A stretch of DNA of 64,000 nucleotides from Atractiella rhizophila (taxonomy: Eukaryota): contig MU271421.1 of assembly GCA_021432655.1 (NCBI GenBank), positions 1 through 64,000 on the forward strand, read 5' to 3'. Below, in pieces: positions 1-13,118 of this stretch; within the stretch, counting starts at the first letter, position 1, and each line of letters opens with the position of its first letter. Position numbers and translations under genes: made by a program. Under the pieces are notes generated by a model. The model had not been told where the DNA came from. It searched no databases and saw only the letters and a list, made by a program, of their open reading frames with translations.

Positions 1-3000
1 TGCAAGAAACATGGTTTGCAGTCTGTCTTTCGATTCATTTTAATCTTTCTTTGACACGTCGTGCGTGTGTAGATGCACAGTAGGCATAAAGCGCCAACGT
101 AAGCGCAAGAACGATCCTGGACCCGTATTCTCTGACCAACAATACGACGGGTCTGTAACCTTCTCTGTTTCACCTTGTTGTCAAATTGAACGATATCTCT
201 TGTCTCGCAGTGCTCCTCCAAATGGATCGCAGGCAACCACTTCTCTACAGCTACAGCTGGCCGGCCCGTCTTCAGTTGAAACTCGCCTCGAGCAGAGGGC
301 AATGACGGGTGCATTGTCCAGTCACTTGATTCAAGGTCACCACTTCCACCTCCCTACCCCGACCATCGGCCGCGATACTAATCTCAACTATACAGAAAAT
401 TTCAAAATCCTTCCCAACCCAGTATCAGCGGCGATTATACCCAATTTCTTTCTCGCCTTTGAGAATGCAGGCAGAGATGCCTCACGTCTTGGTCCATATG
501 GAGAGGTGGGTATTGTCTTGGTCTTCGGATCACGTTCTGTTGCGTTTCAAATCTCTAATTCTGCACATGCAGATAATAGCGGCAGCCCACATTGGTTCAG
601 GCTGTCATAGTTCCTGCCATTCTGTTCGTCTCTCCATTTAGCATCTTGAGCGAACAACTATCCTCACATCTTGCTTTGTGTAGGCTTTGATAGGCAGACT
701 CGCGCGTGTGGATGTTCCCGTTTATTTTGGAGATCTGAGAAGCTTCGGATACACCAAGCAAAACGCCTGTGCCGCGCTCAAGACTCGCGCCGCCAATTTG
801 CTAGAGGAGTCCGATGCTCTCACGCGACCTAGCATTGACACCATCGCGGTGATATTGGACGTTGTCAGAATGCTATGGAGTATGTCCTCCCGCTTTTTCT
901 CCATGCGCTTTGCCCCTATCTCTTCGAGGAGACGCTCCCCCTGACTATGTTCTGGCTTTGCTCAGTGACACGCGTCGATCTCGCAGATCGTTACTTCCGA
1001 CACGCCCTGGCGCATTGGCGCTACTTCGTCTCCCTCAGTGAACAAGGTCATGCCCCTCTCGGCGTGGAATGGGCGCGATGGATGTATCTCTTCGACAGCA
1101 CTCTAGCAGAGAGGTCCAGTCGAGCATCGTATGTGACAGACCAGGAGATCCGTTCCATCATCGCACCAGCCCTCAACCTACCTGCTAACTCATTCCTTGA
1201 CCCGACAGCCTTGTTGAACTACGACCCAGATGCGGAGATAAAGAATGAAAAACCGCTCATCTTCCAGTCAAACTTGGTCTTGCATCGAGTCTTCGGATAT
1301 GGGATCCAGCAGATTGAGCAGAGAGACGACCCGGATCTCACTTTACAAGTCTTGAAGAACCTCATCCGACGGTTGACGACTTATGGCGTTGGTTGGAGGC
1401 AAGGAGGCTGCACGATCTCAGGGTTGCGCCGAATGGCCCGAGCAAGAGTTTCACTTATTATCAATACTATTCAAGACGTGGAGGTTCGTCTCATTCTGCC
1501 TGCCTCTGAATTCCATTCTTTGAAACAAAAAAGCTGTTACTGATGACTATGCGCAGAGTTCGCAATCCGCATGTTTCGCTGCTTTTCCCTTGCTGAAAAG
1601 CAACTCGAACGAACCTTTCACCCTGCACTAGATGCGTTCCGGACCCAACTGCAAAGGAGGGTCGATGCCGAGATTGGAAATTTCGCAGACTGGTTGAAGA
1701 TTTGTCACTCAGTTTGTCTTTCCACCCTCCCCAAGATTACTGACCTGATAATTCCATAAGGAACTTATACTCACCAAGCCTGAAGTGACTTCCGAGTTCG
1801 TTCGATCTCTTCGCCTGATCTGTAGAGTCTTCGGCTACCTCCCTGGCTCATTCAGCTATTGGGAGAGGTACCTAAAAAATGGCCCGAAGTCGCTGGAGAG
1901 GAAGCTTCAGGAGGCCCAATGGGTCCTCCAGGTCTGCAAACCCCTCGGATTTTTCTCAAAGTCGACGGCAGATTGGGCCACGAAACTTGAAGAGGCAATA
2001 AGCAAATTCGCTTCGAGCGAGGTACGTAAATGTAAATGAGCAAGACGTTATACTAACCATCGTGCAGCCAACAATGTTTACTCAGGCGTCACTCACCAAT
2101 CCCCCATCCACCACCGTTGTTGACCCTAATTTCTCGGTATCTGTCCGCAATAATCAGAACGATATAAAAAAGTCCTTGCCCAGCACCTTTGGACAGTACG
2201 CTGCTGCTTTGTCTCCTATATATGCACCGTCTCCGCCGCATGCCCAAACCAATCATTATTCCCCTTCGTCACCTCTAAACAGCTCTTTCAAAGATATGCC
2301 TTATTCCCCTCCTCCAAGCTTGGTGGACCCATCATCACCCGTCACATCTACCGCTCTGTATCAGTCATCATCTTCACCTGTTACCCAAAGTTCGTTACAT
2401 CCTGTACCACTCAGTCGAGAGGGGTCTGGGTATGCCAATTCGCCAAACCAACATTATCCGTCGCCTTCGTCCTCAGATTCTCCCGTGGATGTTAACTTGC
2501 AGCCATACGGAACGCATTTGTCGAATTCGGCAGCAAGTTGGGACGTTCAATCCAGCAGCCCTTCATCGACTGGGTTACCCCATCCGCCAACTACAGCCGA
2601 AGCTCCTGGGGCATCATGGGACAGATCTTCCCCCGATCAACGACAGGATGCTAGAACTTGGATCCAACCCGTGATGATTCAACCTCCTCGCCTTCCTGAA
2701 CTCGCCCCTCATCTCCAGGCACCAACTTTTTCCCACGTTCCACAATTCACCGCGGATTATGCCCCCCGTCACCATCACATATATCCACCATATACCGCAA
2801 CCGCTGCTAGTATTACCTTTGATCAGTCCCAGGATGCAGCTCCAGCAGCGTCGAAGCGTCCGCTTTACCCCGTGGAGGAACACAACTTACCTCCTTATCA
2901 GTCTGGTTATCCCTATCTTTATGAACTGCAACCTCAATCTCAGTCTCTTCCCTATTATTCGAATGGACACCCGGTTCAACCAAACGGATACACAGCTCCA

Positions 3001-3147
3001 TACCTTCCCCTCGATCAACAGGTACAAACCCAACAACGGGTCGACATAGCGAATGTCCTGACCCATAAGGCCGTGAACGAGATTTCGAACACCGGAGATC
3101 CCAACTCGATTCCTGCTGTCTCTATTTATTATCCGAGAAACACATGA
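1..3147 (+). CDS. Zn(II)2Cys6 fungal transcription factor, 5'-partial, multi-exon, with a long Ser/Pro/Gln/Tyr-rich C-terminal region
   Basis: Removing intron 21-72 gives CKKHGLQCTVGIKRQRKRK, i.e. the last C-x6-C of a Zn2Cys6 cluster followed by a basic linker. Successive + strand exons with GT-AG introns follow. The low-complexity final exon ends TGA at 3147. Confidence 0.7.
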
Positions 3148-3380
3148 TCTTGGCTGTCTCATAGTGCATGATCTTCTTATAAGTCGGTGTATGTAGTTCT
3201 GGATTTCGATTCTTCTCTTCAGTGTTTGTTCTTGCTCTGTGATTATTCGTGCTACGAGACTTCATAGATGGCAGAACAAATGTGTAACAGGATGCAACAC
3301 TACAGAATGGAAAAATGAAGATGATACCATCAAAGATTAAAGCTTCTGGCGCTTTTGTAACCAAATCCCAACAATCATAT

Positions 3381-4115
3381 TCACTTCAAGCCCTCTTCCT
3401 CTTTATGAAACATCGATTCCACCCCCTGCATCTTTTCAGTTCCACCTTCACTACCCATCTCCCTCTCCCCACTTGCCTTCTCGACATCCTCTACCTTCTT
3501 CTCTCCTTCCTTTACCGCTCCACCTGGTTGATCTTCCGGCGCTTCCGACCGTCTGAACCTATCCATCAGACTCCTTCCCACTGCTCCCAATCCTCCAACC
3601 AAATCTGCCGGCCTCAGTGGAGCAAGGACACTGCCACCTCCGCCAGCAATCCTTCTTTCCGGACTCCTCTCTCTCTCCCTCTCCGAAGGGCCGGGTGGTC
3701 GCCTTGTGCCGGTGGACAGGAGGGGAAGCATGGTTGGTCCCAATCCAAGGTCATCTCTCGTCGGAGGGTCGGTTTTGTCGATGCTAGGCGATCGACCCCT
3801 GAGTTGGAGACGTGGCGGAGTGGTGGACGGCTCCCCCGTTTGATTTTCCAGCCATGGAATGGGCGAAAGCATATCCATCAGTTGAGGTGCATTTACATTA
3901 GGCTCCAGGGAAGCGAGCGGCGTGGATGGAGGAAGAGGGAAAGCGGAGATGGGAGAGGTAACGGAGAGCACGCGGGAGATAGCTTGCATGTAAGAGGCAA
4001 GGGTGCGATGGTGTGGATGGCAGAAACGAGGGGAAGTAGAGGAAGAAGAGATGGATGGATCACCTTGCAACGAAGGGCCTGGCGGAGTGATTGGATCAAT
4101 GATACAGAGCTCCAC
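3381..4115 (-). CDS. Hypothetical protein (Pro/Ser-rich N-terminus, Glu/Lys-rich C-terminus)
   Basis: 244-aa single-exon ORF with a disordered-protein composition. No recognisable domain. Confidence 0.45.
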   Translation of the reverse strand: MELCIIDPITPPGPSLQGDPSISSSSTSPRFCHPHHRTLASYMQAISRVLSVTSPISAFPLPPSTPLASLEPNVNAPQLMDMLSPIPWLENQTGEPSTTPPRLQLRGRSPSIDKTDPPTRDDLGLGPTMLPLLSTGTRRPPGPSERERERSPERRIAGGGGSVLAPLRPADLVGGLGAVGRSLMDRFRRSEAPEDQPGGAVKEGEKKVEDVEKASGEREMGSEGGTEKMQGVESMFHKEEEGLK

Positions 4116-5321
4116 CAGTCGTTGGATTGTAAATGGAGGAGACCTACGCTCAATTTATCCACAGTCAGCTTACCAACTCTGTTTATAAAGCATAAAGCAA
4201 AGAGGAAACAATCACTCACGAGCCAAATTGACCATCGATGGTTGCGAAGAATTGTGTCTTTCGGCTAGATACTTCGAGTGCCGTGAGCTCTGGAAGCTGT
4301 AGCGCCCGACGTTGCGGAGACTTCTCCGGTGACTTCTCAGGCGAATTTTCTCGGGCCTTTTGGTAGGCAGTTATGTTCTGCGGCGTGGCTCCACATTCAG
4401 TCAGCTGAATCCACAGGAGAAAGAACCAACCGCATCGATTTTGTATTTAATCATGTCCTTCAACTTGTTCCAATCCACCTGCCTAAAGCCCATTTAACTA
4501 GTCCGTACAAAGACTGTAGTAAAATTGATTCACTCCAGAGAGCCTGTGGATGCAACTTTTTGAAGTGTTTCCTCATATTCTGCACGCAACGAAGGTCAGC
4601 ATGAATACATCCTGACTTTCAAACTACTCGCCATCTTTCCACTCGATTTTCTGAAGATTCTGAGCTTCAGCAACAATTTGAACCATTGCCTCAGCCATCG
4701 CAGATCAATGTTTCCACCACTTGTAGTATGGTCACGTGTTCCCATCCAAAATCCAAAATCGGTATTCCATTGCAGCACACTGAGGCAGACAATCGCGCAG
4801 ACTGAGGAACACAACGGATGCTGTATAGTATAGTTGCCCATGGCAAGGTTAGACTGCCTTTATTCTAGTCTTAACGTAAGGAGCGAGCCTGAGCACAGTC
4901 AGCCGCTGTGTAATGGGCCGACGAGGACGGGAGGCACGGCGTGCGTGAGCTGAAGGACTCGCTCTTCGATATTGAACTTATGATGCACTAGGCACGGTTG
5001 CTGAGCAATCCGATTCTCAGACCTGCCCCGTTTTCATGCCCGATAAGGCTAACCTGTGCATGTGTAGAATAACTCTCAAGACCACACTTTGAAGTTTCCT
5101 GCTTGTCTAATCCACTTCGGATGCCGTAGCAGCCTCCCCGCTGCTCTTCTCATCAATGATGCTCACTAATCGCTTCCTAACGCTGCATGTCGCGTCAAGA
5201 CAGGTTAGCAGTCCAAAATATGGCAACATCTGCTTGACGGCTGCGACTTAAAAGGGGACACGATTCTCTAAACTTCATCACAATCACTCAGCCTGAGCAT
5301 CAAACTGTTTACGTCTCAAAC

Positions 5322-6433
5322 ATGACTTTCAAGACCTTCGCCATCGCCGGAATCTCTGGGAAGATCTCCAAGACAATCTTGCAAACTGTAAGCCTATCTT
5401 CTCTCGCGAATAATGGTTTCCTGAGATTCCAATTGCAGTTTCTTGACCTCCCTACGGTCCCAAGAATATATGTCCTTACTCGCCAGGACAACCCTGATGT
5501 TCCCTCTCATCCAAACATTAGCATTGTCAAAGTGGACTATTCTTCGCCAGATACGATTGCTGCTTCTCTTCAGGGCAAGGGTATCGAGGTCTTAGTCAGC
5601 ACCATTGGTGGAAATCTACTTGCACAGGAACCTTTGGTTAAAGCAGCGAAGAAAGCGGGAATCAAACTTTACGTTCCCTCGGAGTACGGTTCCATTCCCA
5701 AAGGTAACCTCCCACTCTATTCATAAGGAAGTGCTGATGTGGTTGAACCGTTAGAAAACACCCCTCTTGCATCAAAAATCACCATTCGGAAGTTGGCTGA
5801 AGCGGAAGGTATCCCCACTGCGATCTACCTCAACAGTCTTTTTTACGAATATGTGCCTTTGTAGGTCCTCCTTGTGGACATAGAAACCGTGCGCTGAGCA
5901 GCGGTTATCCAGGATTTTCGGAAAGGAGAAAGTGACTGTCTTGAACGGAGGAAACGGCATTCTCAGCGTCACCTCTTTTGTCGATGTTGCCCGTTTCGTT
6001 GCTTGGTCGTTGACCACGCTGCCCGAAGAGGAGCTGTACAACTCTACTTGGAGGTTGGAAGGAGATCGTTTGAGCGCTAAACAGATCGCGGTATGTCTCA
6101 CTTCACTTCCGTCTCAATTGTTCGAATCCTTACCGATGCTTGTGCCGTAGGAATTGCTGAAGAATAAATACGGCAGCGAAATTGTCCATGTGAAAAAGGA
6201 GGACCTTCCCCTGACGCAAGACTTTCCGGGATTCATCAACTTCTTTCACATCTACGTTTGTTGTTCCTTTCTTAACTACCAACTGAAATAACGATACGTC
6301 GCAGATCGACGAGGGCTGTGGAACAACCACTTTCGATTTGGGACCAGGCGATTCATCGGACCGTATCAATGCTGTCAAGGCCTGGCCAGAATGGAAACCC
6401 AAGAAATTTGCAGAATACTTGAGCAGCGCATAA
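5322..6433 (+). CDS. NmrA-like / isoflavone-reductase-like NAD(P)-binding oxidoreductase
   Basis: N-terminal Rossmann-like FAIAGISGKIS, then VDYSS...LVSTIG...AAKKAGIKLYVPSEYG and TSFVDVARFVA motifs. Several short introns. Ends KKFAEYLSSA* at 6433. Confidence 0.85.
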
Positions 6434-7089
6434 AGTGTGTATACTGTTATAGAAAGGTTGAAATTGGGATTGTTGCTATTAGGGACATTCAGAGAACCAA
6501 AGGGTGGCCGTGGCACCAGCATCTTCGTTCATTCGTGCTCTAGCAGAACTCATGGGAACAAAACAGACCTCAACATTAACTTGAACACGCCAATCGGCAG
6601 CAACCCTCTGTGTAGACTTTCGCGGCGTTTCGCGGAAATCACTCCTTTAAAGCCTATGAAAAGGCACGAGAGAACAACTCAAAAAGACCACAATAGCCGA
6701 CAAGCTGAGCAACTAGCTGAGCAATATGCTGCTTCCGATGACGGGGATGTGGACGGGAAGGCAGGCTTCTCAATTTCTGCCCAAGTAAAGGGAGGATTCC
6801 TTGCTGCTGTTGTGCTTGCCTAATCCTATCCGTCCGTCCAGTTGAGGAATAGGTTGGTTCTGGCTGTTGCATGTTTGCGAAAACGCGCGAATGTGCGAAC
6901 AATGACACCTAAAATGTCAATTGGTATATGAGCAAGAGCCAGCTAAAGAGCATATATAGGTGAGGTGAGCTTTGAGAACTGTATCCATCATCCATTCGAG
7001 TCATTACAAATTTGATCTTTTGGACGTTTGATATCACTCGCGGAGGACATCGTCTTTCGTGTTATGGATTTCGCACATGAAACGGTGAA

Positions 7090-7793
7090 GTGCAAACACT
7101 TCTACAATATAAGATCAGTGTTCGACAGGTAGCTGAACGGGAGGGAATTCCTACTGCAATTTGCTTCAGCGGGCGATTTGCGGAATACAGGAAAGTAGTT
7201 AAAGATCAAGCAAAGAAACAGCCGATGTTTATACAGGAAGTGATGCTGACACCCTTCTCCCTTCCTTCAAAACTTGTACTTTATCTCACCGTAGATTCTG
7301 AAAGGATCGATTCTCGGGGGATCAAAGCAGATGAAGCGTACGGAGGTATGAGGAGAACCTTTACAATTCCCGGAGGATGGAGGGAGACCCTCTCAATGTG
7401 AACCAAATTGCTGTACGTTCACCTTCCACGAGCAATTGGTCACCACTTGATAGTTCAAACAGGAAACATTGAAGATCAAACATGGGGCTGAAATTGTCCG
7501 CACCTCAGAAGAACATCTATTCCCACCCAAAAATATCTTGGTTTGGAAATTTCTCTATTGATATGTTCGTCCTTTCTTTTTATCTCACAACTCCATTGAG
7601 GGCATTGGTAGATTCAGCGAGGATATGGCACTACCGCTTGGGGTTTTAAAGATGAAATTCTTTGAATCATATGGATGCACTCAAAGAATGGTCAGAATGG
7701 AATCCAAAGACTTGTGAAGAGGTGGTAGATAGTGAGCAGATTAGGGAACTCAGGATATCAATAGATATGATTAATCGACTGTTGCAATTGTGA
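7090..7793 (+). pseudogene. Decayed, 5'-truncated paralog of the upstream NmrA-like gene
   Basis: AEREGIPTAICFSGRFAEY, EENLYNSRRMEGDPLNVNQIA and DALKEWSEWNPK match AEAEGIPTAIYLNSLFYEY, EEELYNSTWRLEGDRLSAKQIA and NAVKAWPEWKPK of the upstream gene. No Rossmann N-terminus and no clean continuous frame. Confidence 0.7.
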
Positions 7794-9414
7794 CTCCCTT
7801 AAGGATCGTTGGAAACTATGACAACAGCAATTAAATCTGTCATTGTACAAGTGACATGATGCAGATATTGGCGAGCTCAAGCTGCTGCCACACATTAGGT
7901 AACAGTCAGTCGCCAGGGACAGAATGACCCGAGATTAACACGACACCAACATGGGGCTTACTTACTGTGAGAGCAAGATAGAGAGAAAGGTAAAGGTTCT
8001 TGTGTTTAGGTGCTGCGTGACAACATTGCTCACCTGAATAACTCAAAGCTCATCGAAGTACTTCACAAACCTTGAAACACCAACCCCAAGGAACTTTAAC
8101 CGATCACAAAATCTTCTTTCATGACGAAAGACTCTCAGGCAGTGAATCTATCGTTGACGTTTATCGCAGCGTCGACCAATATTAATCTCTGTCTCAACGC
8201 ATAGAAAAGGCAGATTGCTGTAGAGCTTGGAGGTGAGCAAACACTTGGTTTTGCAGTGAACTATGAATCCGTAGTGTTTCCGTTTCTCTATCAACTATGA
8301 ATTGATTAGTCCTTCATAATTTTATCTTTTCCTAAAGATCCAAGATAAAGAGGGCTGCATAATATCATGGGATTAGAAGTAACTAGACTGATTGGTTCTA
8401 AAGTTGCTGACTTTTTATGCTAACTCCTTTTGAGCTACATGGACACAAATGACCTTAGGCACTATCTGCTTGAAGAAAGAAATTAGTGCCCAACGTTCTT
8501 GTGACTCATTGAGCTACGTAGTTTCGCCAGTATTCCTTTTAATCTGCAAGTCTGACGCATCTCTTAAAGGTTTTTGAATGTCCACATAAGAGTTTTCATA
8601 CTGCAGTGGACTGTCACTTGTGACCGTTCCTGCACGCACTTACTCGTCATCGCTTAAAGTTTGCCTCGGCAGCTTTCTTCTTGCCAGCTCGGTGACCTTT
8701 GACTTTGAGACTCTGTGTCGCTCTTCTGTCCTCCTTACCGCAGGTTCAGGGTAAGCGACCTGTTGTTAGGTAGGGGATGATACTTCCGGTGGCCATGGTG
8801 TCCTAGTTTGTCTCCGCTTCACAGGAGGTCGTTTTCTATTTGAAGCCATGGATGTGATGCTCTGATGTCGCCTTTTCCCACTGGAAGGACTCACATCTGT
8901 TTATGAGGACACATTTTATGGTACAGTTCAAAGTTGAATATTTTAATCCTTACGGTGTCGATTGGATTTTGTACTCCTTTTGTTGCAGCTTTGTCCGGGA
9001 CGTACTCCAGTGCTCAGGAGAGGATGAACAGTGGGTTTCGTTTCCTCCCCTCCTATCCTACGGACGCATGAATCTCACCTATCACACCTTTTTACAACAG
9101 CCTGAACCGTTTCTCCTCCACCACTCTGTCAAACAAGAACAGGTGGGGCACATCTGCAAAAGAGCATACAATAGTTACAATATCAAGGAGATTGGCTCAG
9201 TTTACCTCCATTCTTAGAACTTACTCTTCACTTGTTCTACTTTGCGCGACGATCCTGGTGTCACTCTTCCCCGTCTGTCCCACTACACAGGTCGTCATGG
9301 AGTCCATGTTTCCGCTTGGTTCGCGACCGGTCGCTGTTTAACGTTCGCTTGTGACGCGACGGCTTACAAAATTTTTAAAGCAGCAGGGAACATTCTCATC
9401 TCATCCACAACATC

Positions 9415-10980
9415 ATGGACTCACAGGAAGGGCGACGCTTTTGCAGGACTTCGAGGTTGGGTCAATGGCTTCATGAAAACGGAGGCCATTTCCACGAAGC
9501 CTTGTATTTTGAAGTATGCATCCTTCCTTACAATGAAAGTTGAAGATCTCATTTCATTTCTGAAGCATACCCCAGACCACGGAACGGGCGTGTTCACTTC
9601 TTCTTCCCTCGATCCAAATGCAGAACTCGTATCCTGTCCTTTCTCACTATCCATCAACTCCGCCTCCTGTCGTTCCGCTCTCAAGGACCTCGGATTTTCT
9701 TCTGCTCTCCTGGACAAATGGAATGAGCACCAATGTCTTGGCGTCTACCTTGCATTGCATCTGGCTTTTCCTCCCCCAGCGGAAGGCGGAACAAAGGCAT
9801 TGAAACATCATGCCTATATCCAGAGTTTACCGCGGAAAGACGAAATGATGACTCCGCCATGGTGGGCCGAGGAAGAGAGGGCATTGCTGAAAGGCACAAA
9901 TTTAGGTGTCAGCACAAAGGTGAGGACGGACGATTGGAAAAATGAACATCGAGATATTTTAGCTGGTCTCGAGACGGAGATGGGATTGTTAGTGGACAAA
10001 GAGCTTCTTTTACGCGGTTTATCGTGGTAAATTACCCTCACTCTACCCATCACGAATTGCAGCTCACAGATGAGGCAGGGAATCGTACCTGTATGCTGGG
10101 ACTATTCTCTCCTCGCGTTCCTTCCCATCCTCTCTCCTCCCGTCTCAACCCTCCTCTAGTCCTTCCTCCCAGGTCCTCTTCCCAGGTGTCGACTCGTTGA
10201 ACCATCATCGGGCCACGCCGATAACCTGGTCGCTCTCTTCCTCCTCCATCACACTCGTACCTTCCGGCACAGCGCCGCTCGAAGAGAACGCGGAGGTGTT
10301 CAATACATACGGTCCCAAGTCCACCGACTCCTTTATTCTTGGATATGGATTTGTTCCGTCTCCACATACAACAGAAGACGATCTGCTCTCTCTCCAGATA
10401 CCGCTCCCGGATCCATCCCTACAAGACGCCTTATTCGCCCTCGGTTTCGACAAGGATTACCCTACTCGTTTTTTAATTCCTATCACTGGTGACATGCCTG
10501 AGGACATGCTGAAATTGTTACGATTGTTGTTGGTCACGAGAGAGGATGGAGATATGGAAGAAGAGGAGGAGGAGCGGAGTGTGCGTGAATGGGCGAAAAA
10601 TTTTACGTCCACAGCAGAATCGGAACTACCCGACTTGACCTTTGTGTCGTGGTATAATGAGCTGGAGATGTGGGACGTGCTTCAAGGAATGTTACAAGCG
10701 AAGCAGAGGGGGTTAGAAGGCGTAAGAAAACGGGTAGAGGAGAATGAGGAGGCGAATGTGAGAAAGGAAGTGAAGGAGATGATTCTTCTCTATCTGAAAG
10801 GCACGACTTCATTTCGACACTGTATGCTGGCTGACAGAAGCAACAGGTCAGATCGAGATACTTGAGAACGCTCTTTCTCAAACACTAAAAAGGGCGGAAG
10901 AGACTCGAGAGAAGGCAAAGGAAGCAGGAGTAGAGATGGATGAGGATGAGGAAATGGAGTCTGATTCATCTGATTCCTAA
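9415..10980 (+). CDS. SET-domain protein lysine methyltransferase (RKM1/EFM1/SETD3-like, non-histone class)
   Basis: Spliced model: MDSQ...WLHENGG, HGTGVF, YIQSLP...PPWW...LLKGTNL, SSRSFP, LFPGVDSLNH, EVFNTYGPKS...LGYGF. GC-AG intron at 10801. Acidic tail ends TAA at 10980. Confidence 0.85.
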
Positions 10981-11152
10981 TAATCAGTTCTTTGTACCGC
11001 AACTTCTTGAATGTTTCAAAAGTAATGTAGGAAGCAAACATAATGGAGTACAAAAGCATAATCGATATCTGTTTCCAATTTAAGCTGGAATAATTTACAC
11101 GGCCGCTTCACGACCTTTTTAACTCTCCACCCCAAACTAGAATCGGTTGGAT

Positions 11153-12906
11153 CTACTTCGTCCTCTGTTTCTTCCCTCCCCTTCCTCTTCCACCTCTTCC
11201 CCTCCCCCTGCCCCTTCCAGCCCTCTTCGCTTTCTCCGCGACCCTCTTCGCGCTCTCCAGCTTCCTTGTCGCCATCTGCACACCATTCGTGTGATGAAAC
11301 TCGCCAGCCTGCTCCTCCGTAACCTCGTACCACTCCACCTTGTTCCCGTTGTTGAGCACGGAGAGGTGCGTGGATAGCTTCTCAGTTGCCTCTGCTGGGG
11401 TGGCGAATGCGTCCTTGAATAAGGCGGTGCCGGTTAAGGTTGTGGAGGAGGGAGTGGAGGGGTGGAAGGAGATGAAGTAGATGGGATGATGAGGGGCTAC
11501 CGCGTCCTGTTTGATTGCACAGTCACAGTCGCAATTAGGATGGGCGAAGCAAAAAGGTGGAGGGAGGAGGGACAAACCTTGATCTCTCCATGGTAGTTCG
11601 CTCTCGGTTGTTCCTTCTTCTCTCCTCCCTCACCGTTCGTGGCTTCACTCGCCTCCTCTTTAGGCGGAGAAATGATCCTCAAGCCCATCAAGGCATCTTT
11701 CCTTCCCAAAAACTTTCCATCCGTAGGTTTCAGCTCCTCTCCATCTTTATATCCTTTCACGATGATATCCTCCCCACCCTCGCCTTGTTGCACAACCCAG
11801 GTCTTCCCTTCATACGTCATCTCAAACTCTACCTTCTCCTCCGTTTCCTCTTCCGGTTCCTCATCCTCCGCCTTCCTCTTCTTCGAATCCTTCCCTTTTC
11901 CCTTCCCTTTTCCTTTCTCCGACCTCTCTTTCTCCTTCTCCAAGTACGCCTCAATTCCTCCATTCTCTTCCACCCAAAAAGCGTTGAACACCCCATGACT
12001 GGGTTTAACGTTTGTAGGAATCTCTTCGAATTGGATACCCTTTTCGATACACTTCTCACGCATGTAGTCCTTCTTCTTTTGGACGACCATAGGAGCGGCC
12101 TTCCGTTCTGCCTCTTCGGAGTCGATGACGGTGTAGGTGTTTTTGGGGACGAAGGAGAGGGTGGATGCGTCCAGTTTGGAGAATGCATCTGCGAGCTCGA
12201 CGTTGGAGAATTCTACAAAGACGGATCCCTGTAATTATTCCCACCCATCATGAAAGACAAACCAACACGACATTTCTCCACTTTCATAAAATGCTGAAGA
12301 AGAGAAGACAGAGACGAACCTTAAACCTCCCCCGTCCACGTTTATCTCCCTCTCCCTCCCTCCTCATCCTCACCGCCAACACCTTTCCCTGGACCTCCTT
12401 CCCCACCTTCTCCTCCACCACGCCCTGTGTCCACTCCGAGATCTCAGTGAGCAACTTCATATCCTCCTCCTTCAACTCCGTCGATCCCTCCTTCGCTCCG
12501 CTCCTCGGGAAACCCTTCACATACACGCTCCGCTCATTCACGTCCGCCACCTTCACCAGCGCCTCCCTCCTCCGCACCTTCGCTTCTCCATCCACGTCGT
12601 CGACCACGAGGCTGTCCGAGGCGGAGAGCGCCTCTCGGATCTTCGTGAGGCCGAGAGAGGTCACGTACGGACTCATACGTTTGAAAGAGCAGAGGTGGGC
12701 GAGAGAGACGAAGCCGGTCCCCATTCCGTTGACGGGGGAGGAGGCGGAGAGGGCATAGAGGTGTTTGTCGAAGGGCAGGTTGGACGAAGAGAGGTAGAAC
12801 TCGACTTTGGTCCACAGTCGGATAATGATCAGTCGTTTTTCTGATCAAATGATGGAAAGGACAGACTTTGTTCGCGAGCCTTTTCTGCGTCGGTTTTTTC
12901 GGCCAT
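11153..12906 (-). CDS. La protein / La-related RNA-binding protein (La motif + RRM1 + putative RRM2 + RG-rich tail)
   Basis: La motif IEFYLSSSNLPFDKHL...FVSLAHLCSFKRM, RRM ERSVYVKGF...FKGSVFVEF, and C-terminal GRGRGRGRGGRGRGG. Start MAEKTDAEKAREQ at 12906. Confidence 0.85.
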
Positions 12907-13118
12907 CTCAATAACTATAACAATGTTACACTGGACTTATTTCGTGGAATGGCACGACTCGTTCAGGAAAACAAAAAATAAATCCAGTCAGCTGATTCAC
13001 GTTGTAGTCCTCCTTCCTTACTGTAGTTCAGGCGCACTAACATTCCGGCAAAACATTCCCAATCAACCAGCCAATCCAAGAACCAGGTGACGGACAGCAG
13101 GCAAGAAGATCAGCCAGG

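Noticed and set aside
3315..4268. 317-aa plus-strand ORF
   Set aside because: It is antisense to the more protein-like 3381-4115 ORF and has a shadow-frame composition (R/W/G-rich).
8770..8870. Possible C/D-box snoRNA (atgata...ctga)
   Set aside because: The C box is a poor match, and there is no clear terminal stem or rRNA-complementary guide.
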